In this document: in pieces, positions 1 to 12,300 of the stretch
Layout of the letters: every line of letters begins with the position of its first letter
How positions within the stretch are numbered: the stretch's first letter is position 1
Assembly (NCBI GenBank): GCA_965235115.1
Contig: OZ249440.1
Coordinates: forward strand, 34,970,001-35,034,000
Origin: Laetmonice hystrix
Lineage: Eukaryota
Direction: 5' to 3'
DNA: 64,000 nucleotides
Notes under the pieces: model-generated
What the model was told of the DNA's origin: nothing
Database searches by the model: none
The model's input: only the letters and a program-made list of their open reading frames with translations
Made by a program: the position numbers and the translations under genes

Positions 1-1170
1 ATTTTTGAAATTATATACCTCAGTAACTCAATATACCTGTCGTACATACCTCTCATCTTAGGTCGATGGATTTCACATCATGGAATGATATGTGTAGAGG
101 ATCTCAGTATCAAGATATTTCAATTAGTGTCAATTAGTAAGGTGTTTTTTTTTCTATAGCGACGGATCGCTAACCAAAAAATGTCAGTCCGTTACCATGG
201 TTTTTATAAAATTCAGTTCAAAAAATGAAACTGACTATTATATTTAGATTTGGCAGAAGATAGAACCGAAGAATATCAGGTGTGTCAGATTTCCCTGAAT
301 CATTTTAATCAAAGCATAAAAGAAATACATCCAAACGGTAACGGACAGACAATGGTGCTACACCTATTTTTAATCGACCACTGTGGGGAACTTTTGAGAG
401 AACGACTGTTTCATCCTTCATATGCCAGTAAAACAAACCTAAAACAATAATAATATGTCTGTCCCATTTATCCAGGCACCAAAGAATTAGAAAATATGAC
501 CAGGATACTATGATGAGCAAAAAGTGGAAAAAACAATCTTTCGTAGAAAGGGGTTAATTTCTTGAGGAAAACCACAGAACCAAGTCATTCTCTGAATAAA
601 TTACCCGCATTCATAGGTACCACATAATTTCCTTCAAAAAGATAACATATTTTAATAATGCCCTCTATGGGAATATACGTTGAGATGCACGGCTGTGCAC
701 CCGTGCAAATAAAAACCGATATTGCACAGATTTTACGGACTACTTAGGAAATTGCAAAGTCACAAACGGTGTCCATCTCCGGCGATGACAGCTCTTGAAT
801 TAAGCAAGGAAAGAACTTTCTAAGTCTGTGACATTGTTTGGTTCAATATTTTATCCCCTTACTTCACGTTTCAAAGTCTTTCCTTGTGTATTTTAGGAGT
901 TAGGGGCGTTTGAACTGCCGAAGTGAAGCACTGTCCGCCATTATGTTTAGGACCCGTTATGCTCACATCCCATTTTGACTCATTGTGACGTAGCATTATG
1001 ATCACATTCCATTGTGACGCATTGTGACGTAGCGTAATTGTGCATCGTTCATGACGCACACTATAATACAATAGTTCCAAGGTAGTTTAGTTGTGAATTG
1101 CCAGTGTTCCTTTCTACCTTCACATACAGTAGTACATCATGTAAGATAATTTATACAAAGTACAGAAAGA

Positions 1171-1848
1171 GAGAGTAGTGGTGGTTTTGCGCCGTGTCGG
1201 CATCCGGGGCCATCTTCACAGCGAAAACAGAGTTATAAGACCATAAAACTAAAGGAACCTATTTTATCCCGGGTCCCAACGGGAACACCACCAAAACACA
1301 TCTATAAAAGAGTCAGAAGTCCAGCCTCTGACAAGAACTCTAAAATCACTCCTGGTCTGACATTGCTAAAAAGATCCTTAAGACTCGTCTCATTATAAAA
1401 CCTTTGTCTGATGAGAGTAAAATCACCACATTCGAGTAAAAGATGCTTCAGTGTCAAAGGACATTGACAGCCATAACATTCTGGAGGTGGCTCCTCCTTC
1501 AATAAAAACACATGAGTTAATCTAGAATGACCAACTCTGCATCGAGTAAAAACAATTTCATGCCTCCGTTGGGTTAGGCCATGATGATACCTTTGGTTTA
1601 CGATGGGACTGATCTGATACAATTTATTGTTTGGTTGTTCGTCCCATTCGGCCTGCCATCTGTTCTTAACGTAAGCCCAGATGGTAGGTCTAAGATCAGA
1701 GGCTGGGATTGGACACAGTTCGACGTCCGTTTCAAGAGCCCTCTTGGCAGTTCTGTCTGCTTGCTCATTGCCCGGGATGCCAACATGACCAGGCACCCAG
1801 CAAAAGTGAATATCAAAGTTTGCATTGGCAAGCACTGCCAACTTGGAC
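1171..1848 (-). mobile_element. 5'-truncated copy of the I-group/Nimb-like LINE (RNase H end, CCHC, 3' UTR)
   Basis: ORF 1302..1850 matches the ORF2 C-terminus of the full copies (WVPGHVGIPGNEQAD; CYGCQCPLTLKHLLLEC). 13-bp TSD AAGTACAGAAAGA at 1158-1170 and 1849-1861. Confidence 0.95.
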
Positions 1849-2070
1849 AAGTACAGAAAGACTTATATTTCACATAATTGGTTCAAAATTTATATCCTAG
1901 TAACGGTTGTTAGGGATATTTACATGTTCTAATTAAATGTGTATCACTACACTAACAGGGCCTGAGGACGAGCTTGCAAGCATAAGAATGGGTTGACAAG
2001 TGTGGATTTTGATGGATAATAACTTTCTTGTAGGCCTAAAGTAGGTTTGTTATGAACCCATATAATAAAA

Positions 2071-2196
2071 CACTTACTGAACGATACTGGGTTTTATGCA
2101 CTCGTTGCTTCAGGATGTTGTATTGGGCTCGCAAGCTCGCCCAATACCACATCCTGAAGCAACTCGTGCATAAAACCCAGTATCGTTCAATAAGTG
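2071..2196. repeat. ~126-bp near-perfect hairpin (MITE-like)
   Basis: CACTTACTGAACGATACTGGGTTTTATGCAC... is the reverse complement of ...GTGCATAAAACCCAGTATCGTTCAATAAGTG with few mismatches. Confidence 0.8.
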
Positions 2197-2629
2197 TAGG
2201 CCTATAATATATGACCATGTAGGATCACTTTGGAAAAATCCCCCGAGGGGGGACATTTTCACGGAATTGCCCCTATGCTTCTTTGATGATAATTTGCTAT
2301 TGTAATCTAGAATCTAGTCCATTATAAATAGTCAGTTTGCATACAATTTCACATGCATCGCCATCAGACCCTGCTTTTTGACGGGTGCCATGGTGCTTGT
2401 GCCATGGCGCCCGATTGTGAAGTTAGGAGCACTACTTGGCACCTGTGATAGCTTCAAAGGCCCTAGGCCAATAAGGATGACTCTCATAGCTCCTGTCTCC
2501 ATTTCCTTGACAGTCGCTGATGGTGCTTGTGTTGTTGATTCCTCCAGTAACTGTTATAGACGAGTATATGTACATTTGTGCATTATGAGCCTTTTACAGT
2601 GTATTTATTGGCATTTTATCAATTCATAG

Positions 2630-2888
2630 AGCTTTCAATGCCTGGGAGGACAAAGTGTCTGTGAACCCATCAGAGGAACATGCCTTGCACTGTAATCTGG
2701 AGGAGTATCAATGCCGTTTGACATTGGAGTCTGGTGAAACACTCCCAGATCCGTTTATGCTGACGACTGATTGGTTGACTGAAGAGAAAAAAAACTTGTT
2801 GGCCAAGTGTATACATATCGGATATTTCAGCATTTCTAAAGATGACAACCACAACAGAACTTCACAAGAGGCTCATGAATGAGTATAA
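2630..2888 (+). pseudogene. Frameshifted exon resembling the N-terminal part of SWIM/YqaJ-type transposon accessory proteins
   Basis: After an AG acceptor reads LPDPFMLTTDWLTEEK, then (frameshift) WPSVYISDISAFLKMTTTTELHKRLMNEYK, ending at TAA|GGCCACCTTTCCAC (Harbinger-like MITE start). Family assignment from recalled motif resemblance only. Confidence 0.35.
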
Positions 2889-4040
2889 GGCCACCTTTCC
2901 ACTGCCTGGCTAGCCGCTAGGCAGTCAGCCGGCCGGAAAGTATCTTTCCATGAACGCGGCTGTGAAGCGGTTCACTCTTCAACAGTCTCATCACAGAACC
3001 ACGTGTTGCATTTCCATGAAGTTCAGTGCATAGTATTAGTAGCAATAGGCATATAATAGGATTAATAACACGCCAAATTAACAACTATTTAGGCTATGAT
3101 CCATGCCTGACAAAGATAGCGGATGTTCATCCATTACTTAACGCCTTTTTTGGGGCCACCCCCTGTAATGGCAAGAGAAACGGCCCAAAAAGTGAAAGAA
3201 ATATGGGGTATCCCACGGATGACGTCATTTTCATGGAATTCCCTGGCGGCTGACCCGCGCGGGTCATAAAAAATAATCGAACACTGCTCGATTCTCTAGC
3301 CTGCCGGCTAGCTGCAGCTAGATATACGGAAACGAAGCTTCACTAACACACTCGAATTGAAGCACCGCGACCTGCATCTCGTCAGTGATCTTGCAATGAT
3401 TTGTTCACCAAGCATGCATGCCCGTTGTTCAATTTCTCTTATGCTTAGTGAGTGGTACTTTTTATTGTGCTGTGCGTTTCCCCGTGCGGTTGGGATATTG
3501 TACCTTTGGTGCAAATATTCTTATTTGCTTAGTGAGGTTGCACTTTACCGTCTCGCCCCATGTGGTTAATTTTGTGCCAACTTGTTGATGCATTTTCTTT
3601 TCGCTTAGTGAGTGGTTTATTTCTTATTATTGTTCCACTGGTGTGGTGTTTTGAATGTCTTCAGATTAGACGGGTCATTTTCTTGAACCTCAGTCAGTCT
3701 CACTGTATTTCGTGTCTCCACATTTTATACTAGTCTGGGGAAAAGGAGGAGGGCTTTTCAATTTAGCAGGTCCTTACAAAACTTAATGGACCATTATATT
3801 CATTTATACAATCTACTTTACCCTTCCTACTTGGAGGGCCTGTCTAGCATCGCCTATACAATAATCCATTTTACATTATTCAGTACTGATATTTTAGTTA
3901 TATCTAAGTTATATCTAGATTCAGTTCATAATTTAACTTGTTAGTTCATAATTTAACTACTTGTTATCCATCTTTGGATATCTTTCTCCTCCATCAGCAA
4001 AAGTGTCATTACATATGGGTAATTAGTAACGTTTTAGTTA

Positions 4041-7000
4041 CCGTAGAATGGGGCTACTTTGACCCGTCAGGGGTAACTTTGGCCCAAGCTGAAAAAAAAG
4101 TTGTTTTGTTATTCTGTATTAAATTATAATTCGATAACTATTTATTGTTTATTTATTATTCATGGTATATGTCTTATTTATTGAATGCAGATAATTTTGC
4201 TGTTTTGTACACATGCTGCTGAACGCAATGCACTTTTTCGTAAAACGTGTTTTTTTCATTAAAACAGAGTTACATGAAAACTCTTCTTTGGGGGCACTAT
4301 GATTATATTAGGTGCAAATGTATGCCCCCAGTCGATGTGCATTTCCACGGGGATATCATTTCTAGTGGTGCAGGAAAAAATTGGCCTCAGTGATATTTTC
4401 TGTCCAACTTTTATGTGGCACACCCACATTTTCTTTCAAATATGGGGTAACTTTGGCCCACGGGGCAACTTTGGCCCAATGTTCAAATTGTGCTTTTCAG
4501 TGTACATACTTGTGGTTGCCAGTTTCTATGAATGGATCAAATTAAATATGATGTTGTGCAATCAGTACATTTAACCAATTAGATAAATGAGGTGATGAGT
4601 AATTACAGCATACTTTTACTAGTTAGTTAAAAAGACCCCAGAAGTATAAAATTTTTAGAAAATTATTGAAACTTGTTTGTGTGTTCCTTGTCTGTGCAAA
4701 TAATTTATCATTCATTGACTTAGCTAATAAGAGTAAAAAGGGTGCTTCCCAATGATACCAAATATGTCTAGATCGGACCATTGGTTGTACAGTTATTACA
4801 CAATCTAAGTGTATCAGGAAGCACATTTTCAGCGACCCAACTATACTTTGGGTGTGATACCAGGGTGCTTTGTCTGACGTTCTCACTCAAAGCATAAATA
4901 CAGGAGAGTTGTCTTAGCCTGGTCAGTCCAGATCCAGATCCAGAGCAACAACATTGACGTCTGCATCCAACCTCTTGGCACTCAGGTGACAGGCTTTCAG
5001 CTTTAGGGATACATCCAAGGTACCAGTACCATTACAACCTTTGTACATGTTCAATGTCAAACCTTTTTCAAGGTCATTTTTTTTCTGGCTCTATTTGTCT
5101 TTTCTAATTGAAAGGGATATTTTTCAAGGTCAAACTTTTCTCAAGGTCAAATTAAAATTTTTTAAGGTAATTTTTTTCTGGCTCTATTTGTCTTTTCTGA
5201 TTAAAAGGGACATTTTTCAAGGTCAAAATTTTGAAGGTCAAGATTTCAAGGTCATTTGTTATTATTTCTGATTAAATGAGTCAAATTGCAATAGTTATTT
5301 CATGGTTTTTTTTCAAAGACCTAAATACCAGGGTGTCTTTTCCTAGTACCAGGGGTATGCTGGTTATTACATATTAATAAGCAATATTTAAGCGTGAAGG
5401 TCACTTACCACCCTTCCGTACTTAATTGAACCAATATACTTTTCTTTTCAGGAGTGAAAAGTTGACACAAACCCTAAAAAGATGGTAAGGAAATACAAAA
5501 GGAAGCCTGGTAGTCGACGGTATGGCGATTACACTTCAGACACTCTGAAAGCGGCACTTCAAGCAATTTCATCAAAGACAATGTCCCAACGAGAGGCAGC
5601 TGACTAATTTGGGGTTCCGAGAAGTACACTGAAAAACAAGCTGAAAGGCCTTTATCAATGTGCAGTTGGCCGGAATCCCATGTTAAGCGAGAGCGAGGAG
5701 GAGATAATAGCAACGCACTTGTTGAAGTTATCCGAGTATGGATTTCCTACTGAACCATTGGATATATACGGTTCATTATTAAGGCCTTTTTGGATAAAAA
5801 GGGAGTTCACGAATCCAGGTTCATGAATAACATGCCAGGGCCAGACTGGGTCCATTATTTCCTGAAGAGAAGGCCAGATCTCACCGTTCGTTTCGCCAGT
5901 AACATTAAGAGATCACGGGCAAATGTTTCACGAGAAACGCTGAATGAGTATTTCAATAATCTTGAGAAAGAAACAAAAGATGCAGGCCCTGAAAAAATAT
6001 GGAATTATCATGAGACGAACTTGACGGATGACCCAGGAAGCAAGCGAGTAATAACAAAGCGTGGCACAAAATACCCAGAGAGAGTGTTGAATGCCACAAA
6101 GTCTTGGACATCTGTCATGTTCTGTGGAAGTGCTGCTGGGGAGATCATGCCTCCATATGTCGTCTACAAAGCAGAAGGGATGTGGAACACCTGGACTGAG
6201 GGGGGACCAGAGGGTGCCAGGTACAACCGCACCAAGAGTGGTTGGTTCGACCATGTCACTTTTGAGGACTGGTTCCTGACGCTTGTTATCCCAAAGCTAA
6301 GAAGGCAGCAGGGAAAGAAAATCTTGATCGGGGACAATCTGTCATCGCATCTCAACATCAACGTCATTGAACACTGTGAAGCCAATGACATTGCTTTCAT
6401 CGCACTTCCCCCAAATTCTACGCATCTCACTCAACCGCTAGACGTTGCATACTTTCATCCACTGAAGGTTGCTTGGAGACCTGGAAGGAGAGCCACATTG
6501 CCGAAGGACAAGTTTCCTGGACTCCTTCATGACCTGACAAAAGAAATGGCAGCAAATGGACCAAAGAACTTGCGATCAGGATTTTGCAAAGCAGGAATCT
6601 TCCCATCCAACCGTGATAAAGTGCTGCAAACTCTACCGACTGATAAACAAGATGCAAGACTAAGTGACAGCTTCATTCAGCATCTTAAGGAACTGAGAGG
6701 AAATGAAGCTCCCAAGAGAAAGAGAAGCAGGATAGAAGTGCAGCCTGGCAAGAGTGTCACATCAGGAGATTTTACTTCCAGTACTGCTACCCCCTCCACC
6801 CGTACGTGGCCACCATCATCGCCTCCGTCGCCATCATCCACTGACGCCAGCGACGAGGAAGAAGAAATTGAAGACGTCCCCGTACCGGTATGCAATTTAC
6901 ACATGGAAAACATAACAGTTGGTACCTATGTTATTGTTGAGTCTGAGAAGGAGCTCTTCCCTGGAGTCGTGAGAAGAAAAAAGACTGATGGGGCAGAAGT

Positions 7001-7398
7001 CAGTGTGATGCAAAGAAGTGGCATGAATTGGACCAGATCTTTTATCTAAGTTGTGACATAAAACAAGTTATTAAGACACTAGAACTTGTTTCAGACACTA
7101 GAACTTGTTTCAAACAGGGGAGCATACAGTGTTCAAGAACTTTCAAATCGATGCAGCATATTCCCTTAAAATACCCCTGGTACATCATCTGTCTGACATT
7201 GTCACCTGTTGACTTATAGTTAGTTACTCATAATAAAAGAACGTTTGAATTAAAAAAATATCTAAAAGAAAGTAACCATGATTTGTAGGTACATATAGGT
7301 TGTTGACATAATACATTACTTTTTGTGTGATGACCTTACTTGTATATGACTTTATTTAGAAAATGAAAAAAGTGGGTTAAAGTAGCCCCGTTCTACGT
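4041..7398 (+). mobile_element. pogo/Tigger-type DNA transposon, decayed
   Basis: TIRs CCGTAGAATGGGGCTACTTTGACCC (4041) and GGGTTAAAGTAGCCCCGTTCTACGT (ends 7398); TA on both sides; internal DDE_1-type transposase. Confidence 0.9.
5482..7049 (+). pseudogene. pogo-type transposase pseudogene (HTH-psq, CENP-B-like HTH, DD35D core)
   Basis: MVRKYKRKPG...SQREAAD*FGVPRSTL (in-frame stop), frameshift into ORF 5790..7049 with WNYHET (first catalytic D reads H), LIGDNLSSH and QPLDVAYF (35 residues between the last two D). Confidence 0.9.
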
Positions 7399-7400
7399 TA

Positions 7401-8341
7401 GGGGATGTCGTGGGAGCCAACTGGTTGCCAGCATTTTGTTTAAAGAAATTTTCTGTCGTTTTGGATGCCCAAAGATTCTGCACTCTGACCAAGGTCGCCA
7501 GTTTGAGAGTACGCTTTTCAGGGAGTTGTGCAAGCTGTGCAATGTAGACAAGACGAGAACTACTGCACTACATCCTGCTAGTGGTGGAATGGTGGAAAGG
7601 TTCAACAGGACCCTGGAATCCATGCTTGCAAAGTTAGTGGATAGCAACCAGAGGAATTGGGACGAGTGTCTTCCTCTGGCCATGTTTGCTTACCGTTCTG
7701 CAGTCCATGAGAGTACTGGATTTTTGCCATGTCGTATGATGCTTGGGCGAGAGGTAGAACTTCCAACCGACCTGTTGTTTGGCAAGCCGCCTGAAGTGCC
7801 TGTGTCTAGCGCAGATTTTGTGGCTAAACTGCAAGACACAATGTGGAAAATACATAAAAATGCCAGGGGGAGCTTGAAGATTTCCAGTGATAACCAGAAA
7901 AGGTATTACGACCATCGGGCTCACAAAATAGCGTATCGCCAAGGTGACCGAGTTTGGCTTTATTGGCCGAAACGGAAAAAGGGGGTGTCGCCCAAGTTAC
8001 AGAAAGACTGGGTTGGGCCGTTTTTGGTAGTTCGCGTCTTGGATGACCTTCGCTATGTCATCCAGAGGACACCGGAAACACAGGACCATGACCCGCGGCT
8101 GTGGTTTGCGGGAGCGCCCAGCTCCAGCGCCACAGGGTTTGTGGAGGACCAGCTGAGACGATTCCGGACTGAGGCTATTCAGGACTCATCACCAGAGAGG
8201 CACGTCCAGTTTTACCCGGATGGGCTGACCACGGTGACGAAGGTGGAGTGGGCCGTCCTGCCGGATGGCACGAAGTATGCGCTGGAGGCGACCGAACCCC
8301 AGTTACGTCAGCCGGCCGGTTGTCGATTAGGACTGCAGTAA
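7401..8341 (+). pseudogene. Gypsy LTR-retrotransposon integrase fragment
   Basis: IFCRFGCPKILHSDQGRQFES, HPASGGMVERFNRTL and WVGPF motifs of a Ty3/Gypsy integrase core and GPY/F module; no upstream pol. Confidence 0.9.
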
Positions 8342-8373
8342 TTCTCTAAACTAGTGTAGCCGTCCCTGATGTG

Positions 8374-8785
8374 TAGGGTGGTATACTCAAGCAATGGAAC
8401 GAAAGAGGGTGTTGCCATTACTGGATTGACCCTAAGCCACCGCCTTCTAGGAATAAAGAAGAAATAGTTATGATAGATGTTGCCTATTGTATTAGAAAAT
8501 TAAATTCACTGTAAAGCGTACTCAATACAAAAATTCCTAGGGCAAGGCGTGACCAGCCGATTGATTGGATCGGGCCTCTCCAACCTCCCGTCTAGGTGAA
8601 GTAGGAGCCAAAGCACCGTGTTGGACCTGTGAAAAGCCGCAGCAATTCACCGTCCTCAGGTACCAGGACCTCTTCCTCCACCAACACGAGTCGCGACTCA
8701 CGGCAAACAAGTCGCCCCATTTATCCGCCTCTTACGAACAGCCAGGGGGGCTGGGGAATATTCTTACCCCGGTCCCCACGGGGGG
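8374..8785 (-). mobile_element. Isolated 5' UTR of the LINE family (no ORFs, no 3' end)
   Basis: Near-identical to 33221-33630 and 50645-51055, starting at the same CCCCCGTGGGGACCGGGG terminus. Confidence 0.92.
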
Positions 8786-8985
8786 CCGGCTAGGTGTGAG
8801 AACTTGCCGTGGCACCTGCTGGCGTGCGTGCTCCTGCTGGATCCCAGCGCATGGCTGCTTTTGTGTCGGGGTGTTGGCATCCAAGGACACATATTTAGTA
8901 TATAAACGCAAGTAATATGGTTGCATAGTGATTGGATTGTTCTTAATTAATCAATCTTTCAGGGGGCCATGGCAGAACCATTTAA

Positions 8986-9266
8986 AGTGAATGGTTTATT
9001 CCGACCTGGACAGTGGTTCATTCTGAGTGGTACGTTATGACAGCGGTACACTGACTCCGACCATATTTCGTCAGTAGTAGATTGAAATTGAAGTCAAAGG
9101 ACAAGTTACTGTTAGAGTAGTGATCTAATAGTGAATTTTCTCCAGTATTACACTGGTTCTGTCTTATCCTTACTGCACAGAAAAATGTAATTTTACCAGA
9201 TTTACCCCACGTTTTTGTAGTTAAAAATCTTTGCCTTTGGTACCATGCAGGAAGTAATATAAGAAA
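8986..9266. mobile_element. Internally deleted relative of the element at 41399-42595 (Kolobok-like?), target of the P element
   Basis: Shares CCAGTATYACACTGGTTCTG...TTACCAGATT and CTTTGGTAMCATGCAGGAAGTAATAT with 41420-41490 and 42560-42595; begins after TTAA. Confidence 0.4.
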
Positions 9267-9391
9267 ATGGCAGCAAGAATAGTGGAATAGATAGGATGTG
9301 CCACTCTTGCGCTCCCTAGTGGCCGATTTGTGACAAGCTCGTTTGCAGCGCCATCTAGGAGTAGGTAAGCTCACTGTGCTGAAACGTCATC

Positions 9392-12300
9392 ATGGCGGGT
9401 CCGGCGAGCAGGCGGAACGGACGCTTTTGTTCCGCCATAAACTGCGCCAACTGCGACAGAAAATGTCCGGAAATGAGTTTCTTCAAATTTCCAAGGGACC
9501 AGGACAGGTATGTTGACATATTTATTGTTTGTGTATCTGACATTAAGGAAAAATTCGTTTCCACAAAATTGCGTCTTCCAGTGAGCGATAATTGGTTAGT
9601 TTACATGTAGTCGTCATGGTTGCCATGGATTTCAGCCGCCGGTGAGAATTGGCCGTGAGTTAGAACTTATCCATAAACTTTCTAAGGATGGAAAACGGTA
9701 TTTCAAAAATATTCAACAGACCTGAACTCGTGGGGATAGATCTAGATGTGTCCTCTCATAACATCCCCCAGCACAGGCCACAGTCAGTAGCCTCTCACAA
9801 TGTGACAATACTGTCATAGACATAGATATACTCACATAGGCAGTGTGAGAACAAACGTTTAGATCTATAGACATAGTTCAGCGATCTGGCCGTCGTCCGA
9901 CTGATCGCTGAGAGTTAAACCTAGGTGAACTTTGACCTGAAGTCGAGCGATGGTCGACCGATGGTCGGTCGACGGACTATAAACCGGCCTTTACACTTAC
10001 ATGTGTGAGAAATAATAACTACACAGTTTTCTAGCATTTAGGTGAGAATAATTTTCAACTAACTACATATGGCCTGATGATGAATTTTCTATATCTTTTC
10101 TATCACCTCAGGAGCAAGAGATGGGTTATAAATACCCGGAGGGCAGATCTGTTGGGCAGACCTGAAGATTATCTTAACCGGAATTGTGTGCTCTGTCCTG
10201 GTAAGCATGAAAACAAAGAAAATAAGAAAACAAAAATTATTACTTTTTATCATATGAAAGTCTATTGGTGCAGTGTCAATAAATTTAAATGTCTCAAGGT
10301 ATCTGCAGGTTTCCAAACAAACATAAACTGTGTGGATTTTTTAAAGTATGAAAAGGCAAGGAACTGGCCTCACAGCTTTAGACATAATTGCATCAAACTT
10401 GTAACATTTGCATTGTCTTTGATCCAGAACACTTTGAGGATGGAATGTTTTATAATGCCTCAAAGAAGGACAGGCTGTTGAAGTGGGCTATTCCCACTAT
10501 ATTCGACGTGCCCAATCCTCCGTCTCATCTCTCTCTTAAGAGACCTGCCCCAAGCATACGGACTCCCTTGCCAAAACGCTTGAAGGTGAGCACAAGGTTA
10601 CTTGAAGGGGGAAATAATTCGGCAAAAATATCTTGTGTGTGGGCCTGTACTTCAAATTACAGTATATTACACTGTCCCTAGTTCTTCCAGAGCCAGATGC
10701 TTGTTTTAAAAAAATGACTGTGATGTGTGACAAAATGTGTGGAAACTAGTAATTGATGTGGCTTTGCAGTAAGGAGAAGAATCTAATTTCCTATTTCACA
10801 TTATTTGTAGTTGGATCACAGTCAGCCTGCCTGTACCAGTGAAGATGTGGCACATCACGCATGTCAGGAAAAGAAATCATCTGACACATGTGGCAAGCAG
10901 TCCTATACTGCACTTGGTATGTTTATTGTGTATTTTTAATTACATGTGCCCCTTTATATCTCAGCTAACTCATTTTTTTGGAATAATTAGTCTGCTGTTC
11001 AGAAAAGAAGTTCCTAGTGCAGTAATGAATGCTTAGAATTGAAAATTTAGATCACGCTTCAGTTAAATCAGTCATGGTGGTCATCTGTGACATGCTTATC
11101 CAGGTAACAAGGTTAAGGAACTGAAAAGGAAAAATCATCGTCTTCGTATGCAGGTTCGAGAATAATATGCATTCTTATGAATGTGTTGGACATGTAGTTT
11201 TACACTTTGTTATCGAGTATTTACAGGGCTAACTGGCCATGTTCACAGTTGACATTATTTTACACTGTTTGATGCTTTACAGTTTGAGTTGTTGATATCC
11301 CAGATAGCACACAGCCGATGGCCCACTGTCGGCAGCCGCTAGTGGCCCACTAGTGGCGTGACCAGCTGATAGCCGTTGGCCCACCGGGTGTAGATAGCCC
11401 AATGGCTACCAGCTGGTCAGCCACTGGTGGGCCACCAGCGGCTGCCGACAGCGGGCCACTGACCAGTGCTTTGATGGGTGGCCCAACAGTGGGCGGCTGG
11501 GCCATCAGCTGTGTGCTATCTTGTCTTCAGCGGGCCAACGTTGGCCCATCGGTGGCTAGATCTACACCGGTGGGCCAACGGCTACCATCTGGTCACGCCA
11601 CCAGTGGGCCACCAACGGGATGGGGCTGGAAATAACAGGGAGTCTGGGGCTGACTCACTAAAATTAGTCTGATTTGAGCCTTGAAATTGTCATCCTGATA
11701 TTGCATATGTATTGCATATGTATTGCATATGTATATAAGTGGTGCAGCTCAAGCAGTAAATTAACAGCTTCTATTTCAGTACAAGTTGAGGATATTGTAT
11801 ATGCAAGAATTAAAGACAAATCTGCTCGAAGAAATTTCAAACACTTTGACTCTGTGCTGTTGGAAATAAGCTGAGCCTCGTCAGTTTTTACTCCAGGTGC
11901 AGGCCCTTAAATAGTCAAACTTTGGATTTGGTTTCTGCGAGATAACTCAAACAAAATGTTATGGATTTCAATAAAAATTGGAACATGGGCTTATTTGGCA
12001 AAACCAGGAATCTGTAATGCCATAATTGGGGAAGTTTTTCCATTTTTATTTGTAACTACAATGTATTCTATTTTATTAAATTGACTTTGAACACTTTGGG
12101 ATTACAAACTCTATACTGTTTATTTTTTGTACTTTAAGGTACATCGTTTGAAGAAACGGTTTAATGCTGCCAGTATTGCTGCCAATAAGTCAGTTTCTAG
12201 AGCACTATCTGTGTTACACAAGAAACAATGGTCTTCACCTAGAAGGAAGCTAGCCAGACTGAGGATTGAACTGTCCAAGTACCTATCAGGACCTTCACTT

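Noticed and set aside
2889..3320. Complete Harbinger MITE
   Set aside because: Left end after TAA looks right but no matching right TIR or TSD was found.
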